Below are positions 1 through 10,101 of a stretch of 39,623 nucleotides of DNA, one piece after another (the first letter of the stretch is position 1; each line of letters opens with the position of its first letter). The notes beneath the pieces are model-generated. The model saw only the letters and a list, made by a program, of their open reading frames with translations, was not told where the DNA came from and did not search any database. This DNA comes from a virus (taxonomy: Duplodnaviria; Heunggongvirae; Uroviricota; Caudoviricetes). Position numbers and translations under genes: made by a program. Where the stretch lies: positions 150,278 to 189,900 of IMG/VR virus record IMGVR_UViG_3300044970_001522; one strand, given 5' to 3'.

Positions 1-1
1 G

Positions 2-2242
2 TTTAACTACGTCATTGGGGATAGCAACCAAGATCTAACTTACTATGTAGCAATCACCGCAACAGACTACAGTCGCCCATGGGGACAGGGGGCCGACTTC
101 AATCTTCCTTCGGGTTCGTACACGACATACAGAAACAGAAACTGGTACACAGCCGAGAATAACCTGTGGACCTGCGTGTATTACGGCGAGGCTTCAAGCT
201 TTACGGACAGCTTCGGGCCTTTCTCTGTGGCCCCGATCGAGACCTGCTCGCCGTTCGTTGACACAAGTGTTCTGGAAAAACAAGAAAAAGTCTCAGAAAC
301 TTTTCAAGGTTCTTACGCAGTCGACTCTTACCTGAGCACAGAAGGGTATGCAGATCAGACCTACTTTAGAGGGGCTACAGAACCCTACCCTACCTACTCT
401 TCTCAGGATGTTTACGACGGAGACGACAGCACAGAGAGTATGGGACTGTGCCTAAAGGACTTAGCGGATGGCGCAGTTACCTACACGGTCTCTACGTTGA
501 CCGAGGTGCAGCTGAAACAAGACGCCACCTTGACTCCTCTACCAAAGAGGTACCGACCCTCAATAGTGGAGTTTTCCGTATTATCCTCAGTTGAAATCGA
601 GAACCCGCGTCAAACTGCGTCAGTAATTCAACTGAGCTCTTCTTCAGGAGTTGAATACATTCGAGTAATAAGCTTGAACGGAACAGTTGTTCGAGGACTA
701 CGCCTAACTTACGAGAATAGCTATTACCCCACGACACTTCCGGGAAACAACTGGCCGCAGCAAACCACAGTAACAGTGTGTAGCGCAAATCCCCTGCCTC
801 AACCCGAGCTATACGACCCGGACTGGATCAGCACCAAGAGAGCAATTTACCGTTTTTTCGAAGTCATGGGGTACTCAAAAGGCGTTCTAAAACCACTTTT
901 AACCCCGAAGTACTGGGGCGAACGGCTGATGTCAATTTCATCCCTTTCTGGGAATCTACCGACAAACGGCTACTCTCTTACTGTGGACAAGTGGCCTCTA
1001 GAGTTTAATCAACCTTCAGTAATAACTGCAAACACTCACACGTGGGCTTACGCAGGCTACTACAACTACTCTCGTGGACTTCCTGAGTTTCAGAGCAATG
1101 ACTTCACTCGAAAACTGGCTACCGACTACCAAGCCACAACCACCTGGAGCGGAAGACTCACTGTGATGGGAGTGAACGATAAGGGGGAAATTGTTCAGTT
1201 TGGTCCACAGCGTCAGGCACTAACAGCGAACTTCTACGAGTATTCTACTCCGACAAATAACCCTAGCAACCAACAAATCTACGAAGAGCAACCATATGTT
1301 GAGTTTCCTTCACAAGTTGTTGTATACTCTGCCGACGATATTTCACCTGAGTTCAACGGGTCACGTTCAACCTTCGACTTAACTCGTAGTGGCTTAGCGA
1401 TACCACCAGATCAGCTGTCCGCAGAGTCTTTATTCGTAACCCTTGGGGCTTCCGTTCAAAAACCGGGTGTAAACTACTCACTGGTTGGAAATAGGATTCA
1501 GTTCGCAACGTCCCCTGCCGCAGGTTTGTCCTGCAATATTCGAGTTGTAACTAGTGTTGACTCAAGCCGCACTTTGACTATCGCGTCTTTGAGCTTTACT
1601 GAACCCTGTGACGGCGCAAGAACAAACTTCACGGCCACAATACCCGGCGACCCGAACTCATTGTCCTCCTTGGAAATAACTGCCAATAATACATTTGTCT
1701 TTTTGGGGGGAGTGCTTCAAGTTCCTCTATCTGCTGTAAACCCTTCTTCACCTTTCTCATACTCCGTGGAAAGGATGTCTCCGACAACTGTCCAGTTTAC
1801 CTTCACAGGGGTTCCCCCTGAGGGGAGCACCATTGATGTAAGGTCTGTCTGCTCTGGCCCATATTGGTCCCTCCGGTCCACTTTCCCGGTCGAAGTTTAC
1901 TCTTTGGATGATATCAGTAGTGAGTTTAACGGGGCTAAGACTTCTTTCACGCTTAGGTACGGCGGAAAGAGAGTGGACGCGTTGACAGTGAATGACGGAA
2001 ACCTTCTACTGAGCTTGGGTGGCGCGGTTCAGCTACCTCGTGTTTCATACACAATAGAAAACTCGGTCCTAACCTTCTTAGATCCTGCTGACGCACCACA
2101 ACCCGGAACCATCGTAAACCTACGAGTCATAGCTAACGCTGAGTTTATCTTCTGTCCTAGCCAAGGCAAGTACGGGAGTAGTTTCTTAAGATGGGGTCCG
2201 GGAATCGTGCTATCCGTAGCAAACGAGATCGGGGCGTTATGA
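2..2242 (+). CDS. Virion structural/tail fibre protein, 5'-truncated by the window edge
   Basis: The frame is open from position 2 (FNYVIGDSNQ...), so the start lies upstream of the window. C-terminal repeats DDISxEFNGxxxxFxL...LGGxxQxP resemble cyanophage structural proteins. It shares a WPxEFxxPS...HxWxxAGxxNYxxxLPExQ domain with the next gene. Confidence 0.7.
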   Translation, partial: FNYVIGDSNQDLTYYVAITATDYSRPWGQGADFNLPSGSYTTYRNRNWYTAENNLWTCVYYGEASSFTDSFGPFSVAPIETCSPFVDTSVLEKQEKVSETFQGSYAVDSYLSTEGYADQTYFRGATEPYPTYSSQDVYDGDDSTESMGLCLKDLADGAVTYTVSTLTEVQLKQDATLTPLPKRYRPSIVEFSVLSSVEIENPRQTASVIQLSSSSGVEYIRVISLNGTVVRGLRLTYENSYYPTTLPGNNWPQQTTVTVCSANPLPQPELYDPDWISTKRAIYRFFEVMGYSKGVLKPLLTPKYWGERLMSISSLSGNLPTNGYSLTVDKWPLEFNQPSVITANTHTWAYAGYYNYSRGLPEFQSNDFTRKLATDYQATTTWSGRLTVMGVNDKGEIVQFGPQRQALTANFYEYSTPTNNPSNQQIYEEQPYVEFPSQVVVYSADDISPEFNGSRSTFDLTRSGLAIPPDQLSAESLFVTLGASVQKPGVNYSLVGNRIQFATSPAAGLSCNIRVVTSVDSSRTLTIASLSFTEPCDGARTNFTATIPGDPNSLSSLEITANNTFVFLGGVLQVPLSAVNPSSPFSYSVERMSPTTVQFTFTGVPPEGSTIDVRSVCSGPYWSLRSTFPVEVYSLDDISSEFNGAKTSFTLRYGGKRVDALTVNDGNLLLSLGGAVQLPRVSYTIENSVLTFLDPADAPQPGTIVNLRVIANAEFIFCPSQGKYGSSFLRWGPGIVLSVANEIGAL

Positions 2243-2245
2243 CTA

Positions 2246-2260
2246 GGGTAAAACTGCTTA
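2246..2260 (+). promoter_or_regulatory. GGGTAAAR-N5-TA putative late promoter
   Basis: GGGTAAAACTGCTTA, with the 8-mer ending 26 nt before the GTG at 2280. The motif recurs 20-38 nt upstream of about 10 genes. Confidence 0.6.
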
Positions 2261-2279
2261 TATGTGTTAGTTCTGAACA

Positions 2280-5200
2280 GTGGCATTAACCCGAGCACAA
2301 CTACTCATGGGGGACAGTGGCAAAGGCGCTGTTTTACCTGGACAACCTCAAGGGGTGAAGGAAGGCTCCGGCGTTACAATCGGGCTGGACGGAACTATCT
2401 CGTTCAATGCTGCGAGTGCAACAGGGGTCATTAAGACCAACAACCCGAGCGCCTTTAACTCTTATGTTTGGCCAGCAGCCCCCGTAACCGGTGGTCAGCT
2501 TACAATTGGCGTCAACGGTGTATTATCGTGGGTTGTAAGGAATCCTGGATTTGGGCTAGACCTAGAGGGAACGGCCATAAAAGTTTCTCTTCCGTTTGGA
2601 ACAGTTGGGAATGCTCCGGACATCGGTACAAACGAAGACGAAGCAATGACTGGAAGTTTGTACTGGAATAGTGAGAGTGAGCAGCTGTTTATTTGTACAG
2701 GGACATCGTGGGTCCCTGCTTCATACGGTCCCGCAGACCTTAATAAGGAATTTCTCACAGGTACCTTCACGTTATACGTAAACCCCCAAATAGGTAGCGA
2801 TGTTTATGTTGCGGGCGTATACGACGGGACTGTTGTGCCCGTTATCACCAACCAAATGACAGTTGCGGGGTACACACCCCAGAAGCCTTTCAAAACCCTG
2901 CAGAGAGCCGCTCTCGAAGTTGCCCGTTTCCAGGCGGGCATGCAACCGGACTCGTTAGCATTTGATCGCTTTGTTATTAGGTGTTCGGCTGGAGAAAATG
3001 TAGTTGACGGGACACCGGGAAGCGCCACAGTTAGCCCGTGGGTTAGTGGTACGACTCCAACAGAGTCTCAGTTAAGGGCAATGAATAGCGACTCTTACGC
3101 TGGCGTTATACTCCCCAGAGGTGTGTCCGTCATTGGCGAGGACCTAAGAAAGACTGTAATTCGGCCAGGCTATGTTCCAGATAAGTCCGGAAATATTGAT
3201 ACGGACAGAGGATCAATTCTTCGCATCACAGGTGGAGGATTCTTCTTCAATTTCACTTTCAAGGATAAGCTCGGTTTAGCAGCTAGCCACCACTTGCTCG
3301 ATTGTTTCTCGTTCGCTTCAGACGCAGACCTAACTGCTTACTACTCCAAAGTACGGACGATCTTCGGTCAAACCAACCCGAACCTACCTGTAAACCCTGG
3401 TGAGTCTGAGATTGTTGCGCCGAAGCCCCCTGGACTTCCTGAGGAAAACACAGATGGGGTTATAGGGTCGTCCCCCTATATATTTAACTGTTCGGTAAGG
3501 TCCCGGTACGGCCTCTGCGGAGTTTACGCGGATGGAAACGAAGTGACCGGGTTTAAGTCCGTAGTGACTTCCCAGTTCACCGGCGTTAGCTTGCAGAGGG
3601 ACTTGTACTGCTGGCAAAGATACAACTCCTCTACTAAAGTTTGGGGTAATACAATATCCAATTACGACAGCTTTATTGCGCTAAATCCCAACAATACTCG
3701 AATGGACCCCTCAAGGGTGTCCTTCCACATTAAGGCGGTTAATGGTGCGTTCATTCAAGAGGTTTCTGTTTTTGCGATTGGACAAGGGATTCACCATTGG
3801 GTGAAGAACGGAGCTGAGATCTCGGTCACAAACTCAAACAGCTCTTTCGGGGGTTGTGCAGCTTTGGCGGAGGGCTACAAGTCTGAGGCATTCCCGCAGG
3901 ACACCAACTGGAACGTGGCTACGATAAACGTGGCTACAAATATGACAGACCAAACAACGGTAGTTAACAATATTCCCCTAGGGGTTATAGCTACGGGGGT
4001 GGCTGACGACGCCACCGTATTGATTTTGACTCAACCCCTTATTGAGTCAGAGATTTACCTAGGGGTTCCTCAAGTCTTGGCGTCCAAGAACTACACTCTA
4101 AAGGGTGGTAGTTACCTGTGGATTGAGAATCCTAACGGACCAGACTGGAGAGCACCTTTAGCCTCTTCACCGTGGGTATCAACAACTCCTGGAAACCTTC
4201 AGGTGTCAGCTCGAATGCAAAACCAGGACGGCGACTACCCTGGGGTTGATGGAGCTAGTTTGGTTGGGAATAAAGTTTATATACGTAGACTCGTGGATAA
4301 TCGTTCCTTGAGTCAAAGACGCTACAGCCTCAACGTTACAAACACAGACAGCAATACTCGAACACCGCCGAGAGACTATGTAGTTCAAACTACTGTGAGT
4401 TCCGGCAGCGGAACCGTGGATCTTATCCCAGACTCGGGAATGGTCCTTATAAACAAGTCTGGCCCCATACCGATCGGGTCAGATCCAGTTGTTAAGAAAG
4501 CCCAGATCATTCTTCAAAGGGCAAATCCATCGAACGCTTGGACATCTGGAGGGTACTACCGATCCGGCGAAACTGTAAAGTATCAAAATAAGCACTTTAC
4601 ATGCGTAGTTAAAAACTCAGACACTTCTTTCAACGCGGATAAGTGGAGTGAGTCGTATGTCCACATGCCGTCGGACTTCAACGCCTACGACTTTTTCACT
4701 AACGTAGCACCGGTAATTTACTTTGACAACGACACAGACGGTGTTCAACCCTCCATAAATTGCGGGTACAATCTAGCAACTTGCTGGTCGACTGATAGTG
4801 CAATTTCGGCACAGTACAGAACTTCTACAGACTACAGAGGTGTCTACGAGTTCCTACTTGGAATTGGCTTCACAGAAGTGCAAGCTACGTCAATCTTACT
4901 ACCGGTGGCCACTGTTGACAGGGACTTAAATCCTGGATCCAGCTCGGACATGAAAGGGTTCACCCCGGACGGTGCTGCAAACTTACTCGCAAACTGGCCC
5001 ATTGAGTTTAGACGCCCTTCTGTGCTACGCGTGTTTGGCCATGCTTGGGAGTGGGCTGGCTTTCTAAATTATACGAAAGCACTACCGGAGTACCAAGGGG
5101 ACCTTTCGCCACAGAATCAATTCACATACTACTTCACCAACCAGCTCGGCGGAAGAGTGTATGCTACTGGTTTTAATCAGGAGGGTTATTTTGTAACCGC

Positions 5201-5903
5201 AGCAGGGTTAACTGATCTAAGCACAGGGGCAATTACCAGTATAACAGATATTGGTAACCCATTCGCCGGAATAGACATTCCCACCTACTACCCTCAGCTT
5301 ACGGTTGATAATCTAAACGTAACAACTACTCTTGAGTTCACTTCAGGGTGCTCTGTTTCGGGTGCCCCAGTATTTTCCCCGGAGTGGTACACGAACTTTA
5401 GAACAGCGACAGAAACTTTACCAGGGTTAGTGAACCTGTCAGCCATTACGAGTGTAGGTTTTCCCGCCGGGACCCGTATAGCCTTCAATAACGCCTCACC
5501 ACCTACCGGGTGGGTGACTGTGACAAACTCCACTCATAATAACGCAACGATTCGAATTCTAAACTCGTCCGGGGGCGGGACAGGGGGGTCTACAGCATTC
5601 ACTGATGTGTTCACAGGGACGCGTAGTTCAAGTATTAACCTAAGCTCCAGCGGCTTTGTGAACAGTCACACACTGTCTATAGCAGAACTAGCCTCTCACA
5701 CTCACGGTTTCACTGGGGCATTTGAATCCGACACGTCACAGGACGGTCCAAACGACCGAGAGTTTATCAACCAAAGTTCTACAACCGACGCTACAGGTTC
5801 CAGCTTTGAGCACAGCCATGGGTTCACAAATGCTTCCTACTCAATGGGGGGTATGAACTTTAGCGTGAAGTATGTAGACTTTATCGTGGCTCAAAAAAGT
5901 TAA
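2280..5903 (+). CDS. Large tail fibre/tail spike protein (beta-helix-like core, C-terminal tail collar-like domain)
   Basis: 1207 aa. Contains PFKTLQRA, ILPRGVSVIGEDLRKTVIRP and SPYIFNCSVRS motifs typical of cyanophage tail spikes, and a C-terminal FPAGTRIAF..SPPTGW / HTLSIAELASHTH collar-type motif. Confidence 0.8.
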   Translation: MALTRAQLLMGDSGKGAVLPGQPQGVKEGSGVTIGLDGTISFNAASATGVIKTNNPSAFNSYVWPAAPVTGGQLTIGVNGVLSWVVRNPGFGLDLEGTAIKVSLPFGTVGNAPDIGTNEDEAMTGSLYWNSESEQLFICTGTSWVPASYGPADLNKEFLTGTFTLYVNPQIGSDVYVAGVYDGTVVPVITNQMTVAGYTPQKPFKTLQRAALEVARFQAGMQPDSLAFDRFVIRCSAGENVVDGTPGSATVSPWVSGTTPTESQLRAMNSDSYAGVILPRGVSVIGEDLRKTVIRPGYVPDKSGNIDTDRGSILRITGGGFFFNFTFKDKLGLAASHHLLDCFSFASDADLTAYYSKVRTIFGQTNPNLPVNPGESEIVAPKPPGLPEENTDGVIGSSPYIFNCSVRSRYGLCGVYADGNEVTGFKSVVTSQFTGVSLQRDLYCWQRYNSSTKVWGNTISNYDSFIALNPNNTRMDPSRVSFHIKAVNGAFIQEVSVFAIGQGIHHWVKNGAEISVTNSNSSFGGCAALAEGYKSEAFPQDTNWNVATINVATNMTDQTTVVNNIPLGVIATGVADDATVLILTQPLIESEIYLGVPQVLASKNYTLKGGSYLWIENPNGPDWRAPLASSPWVSTTPGNLQVSARMQNQDGDYPGVDGASLVGNKVYIRRLVDNRSLSQRRYSLNVTNTDSNTRTPPRDYVVQTTVSSGSGTVDLIPDSGMVLINKSGPIPIGSDPVVKKAQIILQRANPSNAWTSGGYYRSGETVKYQNKHFTCVVKNSDTSFNADKWSESYVHMPSDFNAYDFFTNVAPVIYFDNDTDGVQPSINCGYNLATCWSTDSAISAQYRTSTDYRGVYEFLLGIGFTEVQATSILLPVATVDRDLNPGSSSDMKGFTPDGAANLLANWPIEFRRPSVLRVFGHAWEWAGFLNYTKALPEYQGDLSPQNQFTYYFTNQLGGRVYATGFNQEGYFVTAAGLTDLSTGAITSITDIGNPFAGIDIPTYYPQLTVDNLNVTTTLEFTSGCSVSGAPVFSPEWYTNFRTATETLPGLVNLSAITSVGFPAGTRIAFNNASPPTGWVTVTNSTHNNATIRILNSSGGGTGGSTAFTDVFTGTRSSSINLSSSGFVNSHTLSIAELASHTHGFTGAFESDTSQDGPNDREFINQSSTTDATGSSFEHSHGFTNASYSMGGMNFSVKYVDFIVAQKS

Positions 5904-5921
5904 TCAAGTTACTTGAAAATC

Positions 5922-6242
5922 ATGAAAAAAGGAAACCACTGCCCACTTATTCGAAAAGAATGCATTGAAAATAAATGTGCTTGGTACTGCCAAGCGAGAG
6001 GTGTGAACCCGAACACGGGTCTTGAGGTATCTGAGTGGCAATGTGCTGTGAACCTCCTTCCGGTTCTTTTAATTGAAAATTCGTATCAGCAGAGGCAAAC
6101 CTCCGCGTCTGTTCAAAGTTTCCGAAATGAATCAGTGGAAAGATCGGACTTACTGAATACGATTCTACTGCAAGCTTCTCAGGGGCACTCACGCAGAGAC
6201 TCAATCCAGCCTGTGGACCTGAAAGAGCTTTCACCAGGGTAA
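5922..6242 (+). CDS. Cys-rich hypothetical phage protein of the tail fibre locus
   Basis: ATG at 5922. CPLxxxxCxxxxCxW...WxCA pattern, located between the fibre and chaperone genes. Confidence 0.65.
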   Translation: MKKGNHCPLIRKECIENKCAWYCQARGVNPNTGLEVSEWQCAVNLLPVLLIENSYQQRQTSASVQSFRNESVERSDLLNTILLQASQGHSRRDSIQPVDLKELSPG

Positions 6243-6251
6243 AGTCCCTTA
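6237..6251 (+). promoter_or_regulatory. GGGTAAAR-N5-TA putative late promoter
   Basis: GGGTAAAGTCCCTTA, 20 nt before the ATG at 6265. Confidence 0.55.
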
Positions 6252-6264
6252 GCACCTTAACAAA

Positions 6265-6960
6265 ATGTCTAAGATTACAATCGTCCCAATTGATAGAGTA
6301 GTAGTTCTCAACGGTATCGTAGCCTCGGGAGTTGACATGACTTCCGTTGACCCTGCTATACACGCTATACAGTTTAACACTGAAAGCTCGGAGGGGACCG
6401 TAGAGTACAAAGGGGACCCGACCAAAGGAGTCACACCCTACGTAGAAGTCATAGCAAGTATTGAGCCGTGGGAGATTCTAATCGCAGAAGCTGAAGAGAT
6501 TAACTTCTGCAAGCGAAACCCTAAAACCTTCTACAACACCGTCCCCCCCGTGGGAAGGAAAATTGTAGTTTCTGAGAGGGGTTGGCCTCAACCGAGAAAC
6601 ACAACTGAAAAACCGCCCACGGACCAGCCCCACTTAAACACATCCCTTTATTGGGATGGCTCTGACTATGTTTGGTCTGTTTTTCCACTTGACTTGTCTC
6701 TACTTGACGCACAAAACTTTGTAGCAGACGGGATAAGCGAGAAAACTTATTCCTTGTTACAACCATCCGATTGGATGGTGGTTCGTCAGACTGAAACTGG
6801 AAAGGATACTCCTGAAGATTGGGGCACTTGGAGAGAAGCTGTAAGAGAAGAGTCAAAGGTTAAGCGAAGGCTAACCTTCGAAAAAGAGGACTTGGCATCG
6901 TTAAGCGACTATTGCAATAGCACGGAGTTTCACTCTTGGCCCATTTCCCCTTCCGCCTAG
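6265..6960 (+). CDS. Tail fibre assembly/chaperone-like protein
   Basis: C-terminal LLQPSDWMVVRQTETG...WxxWREAVR resembles phage tail assembly chaperone motifs, and the gene lies downstream of the tail fibre. Confidence 0.65.
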   Translation: MSKITIVPIDRVVVLNGIVASGVDMTSVDPAIHAIQFNTESSEGTVEYKGDPTKGVTPYVEVIASIEPWEILIAEAEEINFCKRNPKTFYNTVPPVGRKIVVSERGWPQPRNTTEKPPTDQPHLNTSLYWDGSDYVWSVFPLDLSLLDAQNFVADGISEKTYSLLQPSDWMVVRQTETGKDTPEDWGTWREAVREESKVKRRLTFEKEDLASLSDYCNSTEFHSWPISPSA

Positions 6961-6963
6961 GCC

Positions 6964-8034
6964 ATGATCACAAAAATACAAATTTTAAGGAGTCTAGAAG
7001 AACAGAAACGCCCTAACCCTGAGGCTCTCTCCCAGGGCCAATTGGCTGTGAACATTGACCCTGCAGAGCCAGGCTTATACTTCGCAGACACTGACGGCAA
7101 TCTTCGAAAGATCGGCCCGTGTCATGTTGGGCCAGAACCACCAAACTTTGGTGTGCCACCTTCGTATTTCAGTGGAAACTGTGTCGGGGAAATGTGGTAT
7201 GACACAACCGAGGGGTCACTCAATATCTGGGACGGGTACGTATGGCTCGCCATACAAGGCGGGGGGACATCCCCAGGAACAATTGGGGCGACGGGGCCTG
7301 CAGGGGCCACTGGTGCCGCTGGTCCTACAGGTGTGGGGGCTTCTGGCGCAAATGGTGCGACGGGTGCGACGGGTCCGATCGGGGCGACTGGAGTGGGAGT
7401 TACCGGGGCGACTGGAGTGGGAACTTCTGGCGCGACGGGTCCGATCGGGGCAACGGGTGCGGGAGTTACCGGGGCGACTGGAGTGGGAACTTCTGGCGCG
7501 ACGGGGGCAACTGGGGCTGTGGGTGCCACCGGTGCAGGTGTGACTGGGGCAACTGGGGCTAAAGGTGCCACCGGTGCATCTGGGGTTGGGGTGCCTGGGG
7601 CCACAGGAGCCACAGGAGCTGTCGGGGCGACAGGCCCCGTAGGATCCCTACGTGTGAATACTACTTACACTACCAGTGTTTTGAGCGGGCAGGGTGACAC
7701 GGAAGACTTCACACTTGGACTGGGCAGGCTTTCAGAGTTAGTCGCCGTTCAAGTGTCTGAACCAGCTTGGATTCGAATGTACCGGTCAAGCGCACAAAGA
7801 TCAGCAGACCCCCGATCAGAGCCAGGCGGTACTTTGCAGTCTGTTATAAACCTCGGAGACAACAAGCCCTACTCGGAAAATGTTACAACCTTGACGCCCG
7901 AGACAATTATTCAAAACCCTGTTCCTCTTCTACAAGGGGACTCAAACGGCCTTGTTTACGTTAGACTCATTAAACGTAGCGTAGGGTCAAGCGCAATAAC
8001 CTTAACCACAACAACTCATCCTCAGGAGGACTAA
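6964..8034 (+). CDS. Collagen-like tail fibre protein
   Basis: N-terminal attachment domain (KRP..L..GQLAVN....PGLYFAD..GNL.KIGP.HVG; GEMWYDT), followed by interrupted Gly-X-Y (GAT/GPT) repeats and a C-terminal head domain. Confidence 0.8.
   Translation: MITKIQILRSLEEQKRPNPEALSQGQLAVNIDPAEPGLYFADTDGNLRKIGPCHVGPEPPNFGVPPSYFSGNCVGEMWYDTTEGSLNIWDGYVWLAIQGGGTSPGTIGATGPAGATGAAGPTGVGASGANGATGATGPIGATGVGVTGATGVGTSGATGPIGATGAGVTGATGVGTSGATGATGAVGATGAGVTGATGAKGATGASGVGVPGATGATGAVGATGPVGSLRVNTTYTTSVLSGQGDTEDFTLGLGRLSELVAVQVSEPAWIRMYRSSAQRSADPRSEPGGTLQSVINLGDNKPYSENVTTLTPETIIQNPVPLLQGDSNGLVYVRLIKRSVGSSAITLTTTTHPQED
7114..7154 (+). repeat. 41-bp exact direct repeat, copy 1 (copy 2 at 9509-9549)
   Basis: GGCCCGTGTCATGTTGGGCCAGAACCACCAAACTTTGGTGT is identical at both sites. 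Confidence 0.9.
7285..7640 (+). repeat. Collagen-coding low-complexity repeats, including a 66-bp near-tandem duplication (7363-7428, 7429-7494)
   Basis: Repeated GGNGCNACN units. Two 66-bp units encode [10 protein letters not shown][VA][11 protein letters not shown]. Confidence 0.85.
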
Positions 8035-8039
8035 CAATT

Positions 8040-9023
8040 ATGGCCGTTACGAAACAACCACTCGCCGCCGTTGCGCCTTGGACAATCATTCAAGTCACAG
8101 ATGTAGTACGAGATGCCTTTATTGGCGCCGGGTTAATGGCAGCCTGGCATGATTCTTTTACATCTGGAGGTAGAGAGCACCGAGTTTTAGAGATTATATA
8201 CGATGGTTCCAAAACTTATGGAAAAACTTATTACTGGTTCACATTTGATGGAACCGGAATTTGGGTTAGGACTAGCACTGGATGGAACACGACAGCCAAG
8301 ATTCCAGCGGGTGTTGGTGGCGTTGGTACGCAGTACGTTGATTGGCATGATACTAATACAGCGGGAATATCGGGTGCATTTTCACTATTAGCAATATCCA
8401 CATCAATCAGCTTCTCTACTACTCGTTACACGTCAAGTGGTAGAAGCTTTTTTGTTTTTCGTACAGGTACATCTTATATTACCTTTACAATCGACCCCCC
8501 GGCTACAACCTTTAGGGGGTTTTACGACCTAAATTTAGGTTACCATAGTGGGTTATATCGTATTGAAGCAGGCTCTAGAGCAGTTGATGTCCGATCCATT
8601 CACCGTAATAGAAGGGAGCTTCTTCTTGGTTCCAGTCTAAACAACTCTAGCTTAGGCGGAGGCGCTAATTCCCAGGTAAATTGCAGTATTTATAGTATTC
8701 CAACTAATTTTGGAACATCTAACAGTGCATCTCTCCCGGATAACGGGTTTGTACTTCCCGGTTGGACAACAGCCGCCAATCCAAGTGCAGGTTCTAATTT
8801 TAATCCAGTTTTCAACGGAATTCGACTCACGAGTATTCATGCAACAGATCTACCGGTAGACTTCGGCATCTCGTCTATCAAAAATAGCAACATCTTGGCA
8901 ATACAAGACAATGCAACAGTAAGTGCTGGCGTAGAAGAATATGAAATACTAACATTCCACAACGCCGGAATCACCAACTCGATCACTAGCAACCCCGTAT
9001 TCCTCGCCCGTACAGTAGGATGA
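8040..9023 (+). CDS. Hypothetical virion/adhesin-associated protein
   Basis: 327 aa, rich in Gly/Ser/Thr/Asn and aromatic residues, located within the tail fibre cluster. Confidence 0.6.
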   Translation: MAVTKQPLAAVAPWTIIQVTDVVRDAFIGAGLMAAWHDSFTSGGREHRVLEIIYDGSKTYGKTYYWFTFDGTGIWVRTSTGWNTTAKIPAGVGGVGTQYVDWHDTNTAGISGAFSLLAISTSISFSTTRYTSSGRSFFVFRTGTSYITFTIDPPATTFRGFYDLNLGYHSGLYRIEAGSRAVDVRSIHRNRRELLLGSSLNNSSLGGGANSQVNCSIYSIPTNFGTSNSASLPDNGFVLPGWTTAANPSAGSNFNPVFNGIRLTSIHATDLPVDFGISSIKNSNILAIQDNATVSAGVEEYEILTFHNAGITNSITSNPVFLARTVG

Positions 9024-9295
9024 GCATAACCACGGCACAGAGTATATCCGGAGCATTATGGAATAGCGGATCTATTGCGGGGTCAATTATTCTCCTACGA
9101 GAACTTGGTCCCCAATCATCAGTATCTCCAGCAGGATTTACCACACAAATTAGCGGGGTTAACCCCGTGACACCCAATATTGGAAACGCCGGGGGCATCA
9201 ACTTTGTTACAGCCGGGTTCGACCCAGTTGTTGTCGCCGCTCTTCAAGTTGTACTAAGATCCACAGGTCAAATATGGCCGGTAGGCTTTAGCTAA
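9020..9295 (+). CDS. Hypothetical protein
   Basis: 91 aa, with an ATGA overlap with the upstream stop. Confidence 0.6.
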   Translation: MSITTAQSISGALWNSGSIAGSIILLRELGPQSSVSPAGFTTQISGVNPVTPNIGNAGGINFVTAGFDPVVVAALQVVLRSTGQIWPVGFS

Positions 9296-9317
9296 CACTG
9301 CCCCGTGGCCCCCCAAA

Positions 9318-9332
9318 GGGTATAACTTACAA
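9318..9332 (+). promoter_or_regulatory. Variant late-promoter motif (GGGTATAA)
   Basis: Intergenic, 33 nt before the ATG at 9359, with an AAGGAG RBS just upstream of the start. Confidence 0.45.
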
Positions 9333-9358
9333 TAAGAGTCGAAAACCCCAAGGAGAAT

Positions 9359-10045
9359 ATGTCTCAAACCACCCTGGTTCTGCGAAGTACCGACGAGAAG
9401 AAAAGACCTGACCCAATTACTTTGCAGGACGGGCAGCTGGCTGCGAACATAGGTACTGAAGAGCCGGGTTTGTACTTTGCAGACATTGAAGGCAACCTTA
9501 TAAAAGTTGGCCCGTGTCATGTTGGGCCAGAACCACCAAACTTTGGTGTTTCAGCCCCATACTTCCTGGGCCTATGCTTGGGAGAGCTTTGGTACGACAC
9601 TGTCGCAGAAAATTTTAAGGTTTGGAGCGGAACTAGCTGGCTCTCGTCCGAGCAAAGACTAAGCCTGGCATCTCAAACAGACGAACTATTCAGCCTTAGC
9701 GATGAGACATCCAACTTAACAGTTGGAACACGCCTAAAACTCCCGTACTGGCCCAGGGCCACGGTGCTTACAAGTCTTCCGGTCTGGGCGGTTGGGACAC
9801 CACCTGCGGGTGCTTCCTTGCAGTTTGACATCAGGGTTAACGGCGTCTCAGTATACACAACTCTACCAACGATTGCAATTGGGTCCACAAACTCGACAGC
9901 TACGCCTGGGGCATTCTCAACAGCTTTTACAACTGGGGGGTTCACCATAGCGACGGGATCCCTAGTGACCTTCTTGATAACTCGTGTGGGAAGTACAGTT
10001 GCGGGGGCGTGTTTGAAAGTTGTGTTGTACACACGAAAGGTGTAA
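9359..10045 (+). CDS. Short tail fibre-like protein, N-terminal paralog of 6964..8034
   Basis: The first ~95 aa align with the 6964 protein (KRP.P..L..GQLA.NI...[26 protein letters not shown]...GE.WYDT). The C-terminus is unrelated. Confidence 0.75.
   Translation: MSQTTLVLRSTDEKKRPDPITLQDGQLAANIGTEEPGLYFADIEGNLIKVGPCHVGPEPPNFGVSAPYFLGLCLGELWYDTVAENFKVWSGTSWLSSEQRLSLASQTDELFSLSDETSNLTVGTRLKLPYWPRATVLTSLPVWAVGTPPAGASLQFDIRVNGVSVYTTLPTIAIGSTNSTATPGAFSTAFTTGGFTIATGSLVTFLITRVGSTVAGACLKVVLYTRKV
9509..9549 (+). repeat. 41-bp exact direct repeat, copy 2
   Basis: Identical to 7114-7154. Confidence 0.9.
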
Positions 10046-10101
10046 TAGCCCTTATTGCTCGTCTACGTGGGCGTTCAAAGTGCCGAGTTAGCTAGACCCC
10101 C

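Noticed and set aside
7285-7640. CRISPR-like or non-coding repeat array; alternative-frame ORFs 7055, 7122 and 7242
   Set aside because: The repeats are in-frame collagen Gly-X-Y codons without unique spacers, and the other ORFs are shadows of that repeat.
7114-9549. Diversity-generating retroelement (TR/VR pair) suggested by a repeat in tail fibre genes
   Set aside because: The repeat is short, exact and N-terminal, has no adenine-specific mismatches, and there is no reverse transcriptase in the window.
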